Assembly: GCA_051313645.2 (NCBI GenBank)
Contig: JBNRSN020000017.1
Coordinates: forward strand, 21,762,001 to 21,826,000
DNA from: Centroscyllium fabricii
Taxonomy: Eukaryota
Direction of reading: 5' to 3'
Length of the DNA: 64,000 bases
The notes below the pieces were generated by a model. It made no database searches, was not told the DNA's origin, and saw only the letters and a program-made list of their open reading frames with translations. The position numbers and the translations under genes were made by a program. Positions 48,950 to 60,454 of the stretch are shown in pieces; within the stretch, counting starts at the first letter, position 1; every line of letters starts with the position of its first letter.

Positions 48950-50995
48950 AGACCCACCTCCTACTCCCTTCACCCCATTCCCTACAAAACTGCTGATTAA
49001 CCAACATCCATTCATGACCCTCGTGCTAGCAGACATTGTAAATGGTTCTCACTTCTCCCTTTCAAAAAAATAGCCATTATCAGAAAACCTACCTACAACT
49101 GCTCTGTCTTTGCAAACTACCAGCTAATCTCCAAACTCACATTCCTCTCCAAAATCCTTGAACGTGTGGTCACTTCCCAAATCAGTGTTCATCTTTCCCA
49201 ACAAACTCCATGTTTGAATCTCTCCAATTATGTTTCTGTCCCCACAATGGCATCCTCAGTGATTGTGCTTCATTATCCCTCCTCTTCCTCCTGGACCCTT
49301 TGATATGGTCGACTACATCAGCCTCCTCCAATGCCTCTCTGTCATCCAGATCAGTGGTACTGCCTTCACTTGGATCCACTCTTACCCATCCGATCATAGT
49401 CAGAGCATCTCCATCAATGGCATCTCTTCCTGCCCCGTTAATCCCAAGAATCCAAGCTTAACCCCCTCCACTTCCTCAACTACACACCTTTGGTGCCATC
49501 ACCCACAAACATGTATGCTGATAACACTTTTTTTTGGAGAGGGTAGAGAAGAGATTTACTAGAATGGTTCCAGGGATGAGGGATTGCAGTTATGTGTATA
49601 GACTGGAGAAGCTGGGACTGTTCCCCTTCGAGCAGCGAAAGCCAAGAGGAGATTTGAGAGATGTGTTTAAAATCATGGGAGGTTTTAGCTGGAGTAAATA
49701 AAGCAAATCAGTTTCCAATAGCTGAACAAAAGAACCAGAGGTGACATTTATAATGGCCATCTTCTGTGCTGTACTATTCTATGATTCTGTATAACACCCA
49801 GCTTGACCGCTCCACCACCTCCCTCGACCTCTCCACCACCTCCCTCGACCTCTCCACCACCTCCCTCGACCTCTCCACCACCTCCCTCGACCTCTCCACT
49901 GCCTTTATGCTGTCACCCTGCTTGTCTGACCTCTGGCCTTGAATGAGCCACATTTTCCTCCAGTTAAACAACATTGGAAAGACTGAAGCCATTGTCGGCG
50001 TTCTCCGCTGCAAACAGCGTCCTCAGCATTGATTCCATCATCCTCTGCAGCCAGTGTCTCAGGCTGATCCAGTCATTTTGCAACCTCAGGATCCTATTTG
50101 AATCTGGCTGAGCTTCCAACCTCATAGCCCTTTGATCACAAAGACTGTCCACTTACATTTTTGTAATATCACCCGTATCCACCCCATTGCAGCCCAACTG
50201 CTGCTTTTTTTGTTATTTGTTCATGGGATGTGGGCGTCGCTGGCACGGCCGGCGTTTATTGCCCATCCCAAATTGCCCTTGAAAAGGTGGTGGCGAGCCA
50301 CCTTCTTGAACCGCTGCAGTCCGCGTGTTGAAGGTACTCTCAGTGCTATTAGGGAGGGAATTCCAGGATTTTGACCCAGCAACGATGAAGGAACATCAAT
50401 ATACTTCCAAGTCAGGATGGTGTGTGACTTGGAGGGGGACTTGGAGGTGGTGGTGTTCCCATGCGCCTGCTGCCCTTGTCCCTCTAGGTGGTAGAAGTCG
50501 CAGGTTTGGGAGAAACCCTTATATGTTCCTTTGGCATTTGCACTTGACTATTTTAATGCTCTCCTGGCTGGCCTCCCATCCTCCACCCTCTAATATTCAG
50601 CTCATCCAAAACTCTGCAACCTGTATCCAATTCAGCACCAAGTCCCTCTCATCCATCACTTCTCGGCGACCTACACTGGCTCCCGGTCCCTCAATGCCTC
50701 CAATTTAAATTTCTCATCCTCCTGTTTTAAGTCTCTTTACGGTCTCGGCTCTCCGCATCTCTGTAAGCTCCTCCAGCCCCACAACTGGCCCCGAACTCTC
50801 CGTTCCTCCAACTCTGGTCTTTTTTTTTTACAAGGCTGGGGACAAAGTCACAAGCCCTCATGCCTCCAACTCTGGCTTTGCGCATTCTCATTCCCTTTAC
50901 CCCATCATTGTCTCCTAGGACTTATTCTTTGGCATTCCCAAACTTAAGACCGTCTTCTTCTCCGCCTCTCTTTCCTCCTTTAAGATCCTCCTTAG
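48950..50995 (+). mobile_element. degenerate L2 LINE with nested CR1 (about 49530-49790) and LINE 3' (50215-50510) fragments and a 21-bp x4 tandem repeat (about 49810-49900)
   Basis: RT remnants (NY..ISKL.FLSKILERVV, QLIQNSA) and the repeat CTCCACCACCTCCCTCGACCT. Confidence 0.7.
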
Positions 50996-51027
50996 GTTCA
51001 TCTGTGCAGTTATCTGTTATTACATAT

Positions 51028-51283
51028 TGTGGTAACCCTTATTTGGTTACCATTGCCTTATATGGCTACCTTTGTATAAGTGCCATTGTACTGCTGGGAG
51101 CCAGGTCAGCCACACCCCCAACTCCTCCCCCAGGTGTAAGGTGATATAAGGTGTGGCCAGACCCAGCTCCTCCATTCTTGTATGTGAACTTGTAAGGAGA
51201 CTAGCTCCATCTTTTATCAATTAAAAGCCTTGTATTTCGGTACTTACGAGTCGCCTTTTAATTGAGTTAGCGACTACGCTACA
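51028..51283 (+). mobile_element. solo LTR
   Basis: TGT...ACA ends, TATA-like GATATAAG, ATTAAA, perfect 5-bp TSD CATAT. Confidence 0.8.
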
Positions 51284-51304
51284 CATATGCTGTCTTTAAA
51301 TGAA

Positions 51305-51440
51305 CTTCTCTTTCACCTGAGGAAAGAGCAATGCTCCGAAAGCTTGTGATTTCAAATAAAACTGTTGGGACTATAACCCGGTGTTGTGTGACTTCTTGCA
51401 TTTGTCCACCCCAGTCCAACACCGGCATCTCCACATCATC
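51305..51440 (+). mobile_element. Penelope-like terminal-repeat fragment with a minimal hammerhead motif (51313-51349)
   Basis: tcac-CTGAGGA-aaGAGCAaTGCTCc-GAAAGCTT-gtga followed by AATAAA; partial second copy at about 23965-24040. Confidence 0.6.
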
Positions 51441-51678
51441 TGTTACCACTGAATGGCGATTTTGTCTAATTAAAACTGAGGCACTTTTCACTCAGTATCA
51501 TTCATTCTTTAAAGTGAACAAGGTATAATGGGTCTACAAGAAGGGAAGTCATATTGCTTTGCAACTGTAGTAACTATGCTACAGGACAGCAGTAGGTCCA
51601 CATTGTTTTAATATATACCAACAACTACCAAAAAAAAGAAAAAAAAGAAAATAATTGCAGCAAAGACACAGTACTCAC

Positions 51679-51774
51679 TTTGCAGAAGCAATCAAATTTG
51701 CACTTTGCGAACTGTTTTCAAAGTCTGTTTGTATGAGCAAGATTTTGTTTCCTTGGCTGGAATCAACAAAGTGC
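51679..51774 (-). CDS. RNF213: RNF213 exon 3 of 24 (HFVDSSQGNKILLIQTDFE...LIASAK)
   Basis: cag/gtgagt, 96 nt, phase 2/2; QTDFE and LIASAK motifs. Confidence 0.92.
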
Positions 51775-52689
51775 CTGTTGACAAAGAAAATATTTGAGGA
51801 CATTTAACTCGATCATGCTGGCATATTGAACTCGGTGAAAGAGCGTTTCACTTTGCAACAGCCAGTGTCCAAGATTTAAGTCGGGCCTTGGGATGTTTAT
51901 AGTATTGCCATACTGTAAGCATCCCATCACATCCCATTGCAATCTTCGCAAGATGATGTTGAAGTACAAGCTGGTTGAAGGACAGTATATTGAATGTAAA
52001 CTACCGAATGTTGATGTACGAGAAATGAAAACTTGTGTGCATCAGCTGAAGGATGGTGATTTTGACCGGAGACTACCAAATAAGGCCAGGTCACTTCCAG
52101 TTTGTTAAAGAAAATAGTGTATAAAGACAGACATTTTGTGTTAAGTTGAGAGAAAAAGAAACTTTTCTTCAGTGCATGCCTACAACTGTTGATGAAACTC
52201 CGCTTGTAAACTGCGTTATACTCTCAGAAAACAATCTAAAAGTGGAGTATAACTTCTATGTTAAAGTAGGAAAAATAAAGTGATTCTTTACTACTCAACG
52301 GAACAGAAGACTGTTTAAATACAACAGGTCAACATTTTGTTTACATTTGAACAGTGGGGAAAGCAAGGATTAAAGAGGAAATATTGACCAGTACATCATT
52401 ACCCGGTGACCCTCACTATTTGTGTTGTAGGATCTTTATTATAAATAAGACAGGAACACTTTGATTACAATTCATCTAAACAGCTGCCTTTCCAGTCGGG
52501 TCCCCCCCATAACATGCAACAGTTATTGCAAAGTACATTCATTTATTACCAACTACTTTTTAGGAAATATTTCTATTACAATTATATTGCTTGCATATTC
52601 ATCAGCAATATGATGTTTTAAAGAAAAAATGTTTTGCATTTTTATTCTGATTATTCATTACACTAGTTCCCCAACCGTTTCACTTTCCG

Positions 52690-52930
52690 TCTGGCCGGCC
52701 CATGTGATCCCAGGGACGCTCGCAATGCGCGGGCCTCTCTCCGACTGGTCTGCGCATGCACAGCAGCCATTTTGAATGGTTTGCCCATGCACGGCGGCCA
52801 TTTTGAATGGTTTGCCCATACGCGGTGGCCATTTTGAATGCTTTGCGCATGCGCTCGCCGAAACTTCCGTCGTTCGGACTTTTCACTAGTCCGGCACCGG
52901 CCTGGTCCCGGATTAACGGGGTACAACCTG
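52690..52930. mobile_element. truncated pogo-like MITE (one TIR only)
   Basis: Ends CCGGATTAACGGGGTACAACCTG|TA; reverse homolog of about 8810-9120. Confidence 0.7.
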
Positions 52931-53585
52931 TAGTTGTTAACTACTGACCTGAAGGGATATATGTAGAAATTCCAATGACAGTGAAAGGGAAGCTATTGTA
53001 ATGCTTCAAAGCAAAGACAGATAGTCATAAGGGGCATCTTAAAATTTAAACCAATCAGGTTAAAAGAAAATTCAGAATGAAAAGGGCTATGAGAACACGG
53101 AATCCATTCCATATTATGGCATAAATACGACACTAATTGAGATGTTTCAAAGGGAAATAAATACTTACTTGGGAAGTAAGGGTATTAAGGGGTTTGGAAA
53201 AAGGGCAGTGAACTGTGGTAGGCAATTGTGATTAAAAAGTTAGATTTGCTATGACTAAATAAAATGGTACAACAGGCTTGATTTGACAAATGGCCTACTC
53301 CTATTTGCCTGTGGGACATTTTGACACTCTCAAGACCATTTCCAAATCTAGACGGAAATAATTATTATTGTAGCTAAAAATAAAATTAATTACTTGGACT
53401 AAATTTAAAAACTCAAAATGTCTTCATCCACTTTGTGCAGAATACAACTTGTGCTTTGTGACAGTAGCAAAAAATGGCCTTTTTGTTGCACACTACCGCT
53501 GTCAATCATTGAAGGCAACTGCCAATTAGCAGGTAACGGTGAAACTGAATATCAAATTGAATTCGAGTAGCAGCCGAAAACCAAC

Positions 53586-53722
53586 CTGATCATCTTCAGA
53601 AACGAATGTTCTGTCTCAAACTGCTGCAGTGAGAGAAAGGAGACAGTCTGAACACTGTCGCTTACTTCCCTTTGCAAAAAGTCAATATCAGAAGCTGTTA
53701 GAAGCCGTGAATAAGTTGTAAC
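53586..53722 (-). CDS. RNF213: RNF213 exon 2 of 24 (VTTYSRLLTASDIDF...QQFETEHSFLKMIR)
   Basis: cag/gt boundaries, 137 nt, in frame; resembles ITTFSRLL..QQFDTEYSFLK of mammalian RNF213 as I recall it. Confidence 0.92.
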
Positions 53723-53939
53723 CTGAAACAAAGAATAGGCAGTTCATTAAATTGCAGCGAACATAAAGATCCTCATGTTCTGTCCCAATAAAACCCACAA
53801 TTACCTCGGTGTAGATTTGTCCACTTTTTACACCAGCCATGGTCTTACTAAGCAAGGCTGAAATTGCCAATTTAACACCAAATTGTGAACATAACTGAAG
53901 TTAAATGAACAGAAATCTGGGTCAGTTAAATTATTATAT

Positions 53940-54337
53940 AAACATAGAAACAAGGAGCAGGAGTAGGCCATTCGGCCCTTCGAGCCTGCTCCGCCATTCA
54001 ATGAGATCATGGCTGATCATCCAAACCCAGTACCCTGTCCCTGCCTTGTCCCCATATCCCTCGATCCCTAGCGAGCCTGCACCGACACATATCCCACCCT
54101 ATCCCCGTAACCCCACATATTCAATCCCCCGAACACTAAGGGTCAATTTATCCTGGCCAATCAACCTAACCCGCACATCTTTGGACTGTGGGAGGAAACC
54201 GGAGCACCCGGAGGAAAGCCACGCAGACACGGGGAGAATGTGCAAACTCCACACAGATAGTACCCGAGGCTGGATTTGAACCCGGGTCTCCAGTGCTGTG
54301 AGACAACAGTGCTAACCACTATGCCACCGTGCCACCC
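53940..54337 (-). mobile_element. HE1/V-SINE, full length, double-tail type
   Basis: Near-identical to the 24969 copy. Confidence 0.9.
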
Positions 54338-54561
54338 ATGTGATGAACTCACCTGTAGACAAAGATCAAACTTCAATCATTAAAAGGATTCCATCTTTTA
54401 AGCCTACCTGAGGAAACAACCTACAGTCGATCTCAAAAGTGATTATAATGGGATTTCTCTATAAATCTGTATTATAGCTAGACTAGGAAACTGTAACCCA
54501 ATAACTGAAGTATAAGCTACTGTTACAGCATAGAAAATTACATTTATTAAAAGTAGATTAC

Positions 54562-57500
54562 CTCAGTGAAAACTGCCCAATATTGAACTTCGGATTTGGT
54601 GTGAGAATGGATGAAATCCGCAAGGGAATCATGATGCTGGTCTGCAAAGTATTTCTGCATTATCGCGTCAGCGGAACATGCAGGAAATTGAGAACTAGTT
54701 AAACGGACCACAGAATCTGGGGTGGCACAATTCAACAGGACCCATTGTGCTTCTTTGAGAATTTCCTCCCAAGAACCGAGAGTCTGCTTCAACCTTTGTG
54801 TTATTTGTAAAACAACGGATGCACAAGTGTCAGAGTGATAGCCAACAAACACATCAGATGGATTGTATCTCTGCTGCCTTCCATATTTGTGTCCAACTGC
54901 TGTGAAAGTCTGCACCCACCGCTTCAAATCTTCGACAATATCCCTTTGACCTCTATCAAGGACTGTGTTAATATCGAGATAATGCTTCTCAAGCCTATTG
55001 ATAAGTGGAATGGGAAACTCTTTGTAGACCACCTCCTTCTCCTCTATAACTATCAGCCTGAAATTTGGATGGACTCTGCATTTCACTCTATGAGTCCCCA
55101 AACCTAAATCCACATACTTCTGTCCTCCAAGGTACACGTAGTATTGATTCAACGCATCATACAGGCTTTCGTAAAGATTCTGCAGATTTAAGAGAACCAC
55201 CATTTGTCCAGTTTCCATGCAAATCTTCACACGGTTGATGTTTCTGCAAATCTGAGTATATTCTTGATCTTTGGGAAAACTGGACCCAAAGATTATCTCA
55301 GGCTGATGATTGGAGAAAAAGATCTGCTGAAGTATTTGAAGAGCTGCGTAGTTTTTGGTTAGAATGAGAAGGTACCGGCATTCGCTGTCATGAGAATCAG
55401 CATATATGTTGTGCTTGATCAGTTCCAATGTGTCGATGTTATCATGGGGGGCATTCTGAAGCACAGACTTGAAAACGTCCATAACATCAACATCATCACT
55501 TCCACTGAAGTTACGCAACACAACTTGCACCAACTGCTCTGGGGTTGGTTCTTTTTTGGAGACTTTTGAAAGTGAAAAGACCATTTTTATTAAACTGTAA
55601 TAATCGCGCAGCCCGAAAAACTCTCTATTTTGCTTTTTGCAAATCTCTAGATAAGCTTCTGCAATGCTCACAAACAAACCGAGCACTTTTTTCTGTATCA
55701 CAGGATCAGATGAACAGATCCCTTTGGCACTTTCAATCAGTTCTTTTTTGTCAGGATCCCCTCGTGACACAAAAATTCCTCTATTCATTTTGGCAGGATC
55801 AAGAGCCCAGTTGGATATTCCAATGAAACCAACTTTTTTGTGTTTAAGGGGGACATCATCAATACATCCATCTTCCAAGAGTGGATGAAGAGTTTTCAGT
55901 GGCATTTTCGGAGAATCTTCAGCGAGGCCAATTTCATCCAAGACAACGACTGAAACATACTCATCAAGGTTCTTCCCTTCTTGGAAGCGGGCACACTGCT
56001 TAAATGTATTAATGATTCCTTCAGGTGTGGAATGAGGACTGCACTGAAATGACACTAAATGGATCTGTTTCAGGTCTTTATACAGTTCAGAATGAGCTGC
56101 TTGTCCCTGCATGGCATCTGCTACAATCGTTTTTGCAAGTGATTTTGAACTACCAGGCTTTCCAACCAAGAACAGTGGGATTTTAAGCTCAATGCAAATG
56201 ACCATCATGAAAACGTTTTCTTTCAACGCGGAATTCCTTGCAATTGTTTCTCGCAGCGGTACACCACTCAATAAAAGATCTTGGAGGAGCACGAGTTGCT
56301 CCAAGAATTTGTGCGGATTATTGTATGGTGCAGGGAGATAACGGCAGATGACTTTCCGATATGCACTCTTCTTTTCTAAACATGCATGATAACACACTCC
56401 AAGTGCCAACACAAAGGCCCAGATGACGTCATTGATCAATGCACTGAGTGCATTCTTATTGACACCACCTCGTAAGGATTGTTTCAATTTGTTTAACAGC
56501 ATCTGGCGACGGCTGTAAAACCAAACAAACACCTTCATGCACCTCTCCACATCTCGAAGACTGACAAAACTGCACTCATCTTGCTGATGTCTCATGAAAT
56601 GCTGTGAAGCTGACAAAATATCCACTATGCATGTAATATTGGTAGAGGGATCCGAAATGGACTGAGTCAGCCTTTGGACAATTTGCTGGATGTACATCTT
56701 CTCAGTGATGTCATTAAGTTGCCCAAAATCCCACACTAGTGGTATCATGCTTGGAGGTAGAGCTTGTACACGATAAACGAGTTGCCTCAAAGGAATAGAT
56801 CCCAGTTTATCTTCTGTTTCATCTGCTCGGACTCGGTAGCCGAGCCCAGCTGACTCTAAACGCTTGATCATCTCATCTGTATGTTTTCTGTAAGGATTGC
56901 AGGCTGCTATTATCTGCAAACCTGTATTGGAGGTTAAAGGCCCCCCTTCAATCATTTGGTCGCAAAGAACTTCCTTAATGCAGCTAACAGCTTCGGTTGT
57001 ATTGGCTTCATCGAAAAAGAGAATGGTGTCAAAATCGAAAGTCTGCTTGTTGTGCATTGCAAGAGCTTCAGCATGTTTAATTTTGGAATAGATCATGTCT
57101 GCAGTTGTTCCTCCGTGAACTTTCACTAGTTTCATGTTCTCTGTGTCAGTGCCAGCCTTCCGCAGCTCACACAAGAACTTGATCAGCCTGGTCTTGCCAC
57201 AGCCAGTCTCCCCCATGATGATCACAGGAATGCCACACCTAAAACGCATGTGAATCGCAAGAATCTTTAAAATATTATCCGTGGTGAGCTCGTAAGTTTC
57301 ATCGGGGTCCATTGGCCACTGAATGCCCAATACTGTGCAAAGCCGCTCAATCTTTTCACTCCGTGGAAGCTGGTCAAAATTGGTGTTGAATGGGACTCTC
57401 TGCAACAGTAAGCCTTGGTACAACTGACGGGTCATTATATTTGGTTTAATAATCTGGCCATTTGTTGGGTTTACAGCATCAATCCCGCCATGATCATTTT

Positions 57501-58140
57501 CTCGGAGGTGGAAACCAATGAAGGTCATAGATATATGATCATCATTAAAGAAAATGTAAGGATGTGGTTCAGATTCCCACCTTTTTCTTATAAGAAATGG
57601 TGCAAGATCTTCTTCAGTAACACCGTCTAAGTTTGTAGTTTGCCTTCCCGGGCTCTGGTCTGAGATACTCAGAGAAGGGGTTGCAAAATCTCTCGCCATC
57701 AAAATCATGAAATTAACAACGAAATTTTTGAATCCTTGCAGAGTATCTTTAATCATTTCAAAGTCACAAAATACTGAGGTTTCACAGTCCTTCAACTGCA
57801 GGTTAAGAAACCAGGCAAAATTCCGCAGCTCCGACCAAGAAGGGTCCATCACCCCACAATAGATCAGAAACAGCTGCAGGCACTCGACATGGCTGCCTTC
57901 AACAGTTCCCGCCAGGTAACTAAAGGTGTCCAGGTTCTCTTGGTTTTTGAATCTTCTGAGATACTGATATGGTCTTTGAAATGCTTCATTCTGAAATTCT
58001 TCATTATCCACGAGAGGATCAATGTCATTCCAGGAAAGATTCTCAGATTTTCTTACTTCCTGCTCCAGTACCTCTTTTGGTGGTCTGCAGTATACTTTTG
58101 GGAAAACATCCAGAAAGCTGTGCTTTGGCATTTGGGCAAC
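54562..58140 (-). CDS. RNF213: RNF213 giant AAA+ exon (window exon 1 of 24; 3579 nt, 1193 codons)
   Basis: 1194-aa ORF with Walker A/B pairs GETGCGKT..LFFDEANT and GKPGSSKS..VVLDEIG plus RNF213-typical motifs (PYQYLRRF, GISNWALDPAKMNRG, LYDALNQYY). Acceptor cag at 58143-58141, donor gtaa after FTE; phase 0/0. Confidence 0.97.
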
Positions 58141-58419
58141 CTGAAATTTAAAAACAAATAACTAAATCAGAACATTATTTTGAATAGTGTAAATACTCCA
58201 CTATCCATTCCATCTGCTCATTTCTTTGGCTAACACAATTTCCAACTTTTTACAGAAAGATGCCCAAGAATAAGCAATATTATACAATTATATTTTCATG
58301 AGGAGATAAATTTGGATATATACTTACAAGAACCTATTTTCAAAGCAGGTATTCAAACATCTCTTTTTTTAATTAAAACAACGTTCTATACTATGGACAT
58401 CACCAAGATTAAAGAATAA

Positions 58420-58952
58420 GGGTAGAATGAGGCAGGCAGCACAGGAATCCTCCGGAAGTATGGCATTCTCAAACCGGGATTCAGCATTTAATACAGGTGA
58501 GGGTGGCAACGCCTCGAAGGAGCGTAGTCCCAAGCCTGTAGGAGGCAAAGGACTGCACGGGCGGGGGGGGGGGGGGGGGGGGGGGCAGCTTCAGCATAGT
58601 TCAGGAACGCAGTAGTAACTGGGGATTCGATCGTCAAGGAGACAGACAGGCAGTTATGCCAACGTCAATGTGAGACCCATATGGTATGTTGCCTCCCTGG
58701 TGCCAAAGTAAGGGACATCACGGAGAGGGTGTAGAATATTCTGTTGGGAGAGGGGAAGAGCCAGAAGTCATGGTCCATGTCGGAACCAACGGAATAGGGA
58801 GGAAGAGGGTTGAGGTCCTGCTGTCAGAATTTAAGGAGCTAGGAAAGAATTAAAAAGCTGGACCTAAAAAGGTAGTCATCTTTGGATTACTCCTAGTGCC
58901 ACGTGCTAGTGAGAATAGAAATAAGAGGATATGGCAGGTTAATACGCGGTTA
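58420..58952 (+). mobile_element. CR1 ORF1 (esterase) fragment
   Basis: AVVTGDSIVKETDR..MVCCLPGAKVRDITERV..VHVGTN, frameshifted. Confidence 0.8.
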
Positions 58953-58962
58953 AAAATAAAAA

Positions 58963-59310
58963 GACTTGCATTTTATAGCGCCGTTCACCACCTCAGAACA
59001 TCCGAAAGCGCTCAACAGCCAATGAAGTACTTTTGAAGTGCAGTCACTATTGTAATGTAGGAAACTCGGCAGCCAAATAAGCACAGCAAGCTCCCACAAA
59101 CAGCACTGCGATAATGACCAGATAATGTTTTTGTTATGCTGATTGTGAGATAAATATTGGCCAGGACACCGGAGATAACTCCCCTGCTCTTCTTCGAAAT
59201 AGTGCCACGGGATCTTTTACGCCCACCCGAGAGAGCAGTTTAACATCTCATCCAAAAGACAGCACTCCCGCAGCACCGGAATGCCAGCCTAGAATTCTGT
59301 GCTCACGTTC
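58963..59310 (-). mobile_element. Deu-type SINE (SacSINE1/AmnSINE1-like)
   Basis: GGGATCTTTTACGCCCACC..GAGAG core and GACTTGCATTTTATAGCGCC L2-type tail; related pieces at about 7314, 8412 and 11493. Confidence 0.65.
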
Positions 59311-59344
59311 TCTGGAGCGGGAGACATGGTGCAGGAGGGAGAGC

Positions 59345-60352
59345 TTCAGAATCCTGGGATATTGGGACCAGTTCTGTGGCCTAGGCAGTTGAAGGTATGG
59401 CTGCCAATGGTGGGCGAAGGGAGTGAGGGATGCACAAAAAGTTGGAGTAAGTGCTTGGAGGTTATAGGGCTGGAGGAGATTACAGAGATAGGGACGGGTA
59501 AGGCCATGGAGGGATTTAAACACAAGGATGAAAGCTTTAAATTGAAGGTGTCGACGGACTGAGAGCCAATGTCGGTCCGCAACCACAATGGTGATGGGTG
59601 AGTGGGACTTGGTGCGGGTTAGGATACGGGCAACAGAGTCTTGGACGAGCTCAAGTTTAGAGGATGGACGAAGGGAGGCCAGCCAAATACGTCCAAGTCA
59701 GCCTCCCTGGTACTTAAAGGAGCGAAGGTGGGCCGTACTAGTGGAGCGACTAGGGTGGGAGGGAACGAGGTTTCTACTGGGGACAAGGACAAAAACAGAG
59801 GTGAGGGAGTGACTGAGCAGATTGACAGGTGTAGAAGTTTCGTAGCGAATTGACGACCAAAGGCTAAACAGTTGGGAGCTTAAAGTGCTGTTGTAAGTGA
59901 ATAATGAGGCCACATGAGATGGTACGGTCGAGGGCGTGGTCATGAATATGGGGAGTAGAACATGGAGGTAGAGGTTAAGGGAGGACAGGATGGCAGTGAA
60001 CTCAGAGGAGAGAGGAGAGAGGAGAGAGGATAAAGTGAGTTGAGATGGAGGTTGAAGTCAGAGGATGAGGAGTCATTCAGTGCAGAGGCGGAGGGAAGAA
60101 AGGAGTGGGGATACTTTGGTGAGAATCTCAGGGTGGGGCTTAGTGGCCGGCAGAAAACAAAGATTTTCAGGGCGAAGCGAGAGGAGTGCAGCAAGGGGAG
60201 GTGCTCAAAGCAGCAGGTGGTGCCAGGAGTAGGGGGAGAGACCAGAGTAAGATTTGGTGATGAGGGCCTCACAGCCACCACACAGGCGGGGCAGGTGGTG
60301 GACGGTATAGCCAGGCGTGGAGGCTTTAGGAAAGGGCAAGGTGACATCACCG
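59345..60352 (-). mobile_element. degenerate L2 LINE fragments
   Basis: HWLSV..LQFKAFILVFKSLHGL.RPYLCNLLQPY and endonuclease-like DFNLHLN remnants. Confidence 0.7.
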
Positions 60353-60454
60353 GTGAACTAAGTTTCCATCAAAGCCATGTTTATGCAATCATCCACAATA
60401 AAGGCATGGATGGCAAGAGCCTTGTTCGCAAGTGAACAGACATTCTGGAGGGAG

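Noticed and set aside
54547-58131. Stand-alone prokaryote-like AAA+ ATPase or defence gene
   Set aside because: It is bounded by canonical splice sites and continues through 23 further RNF213 exons.
54835-58161. Plus-strand ORFs overlapping the giant exon
   Set aside because: They are short antisense shadows of the RNF213 coding sequence with no recognisable motifs.
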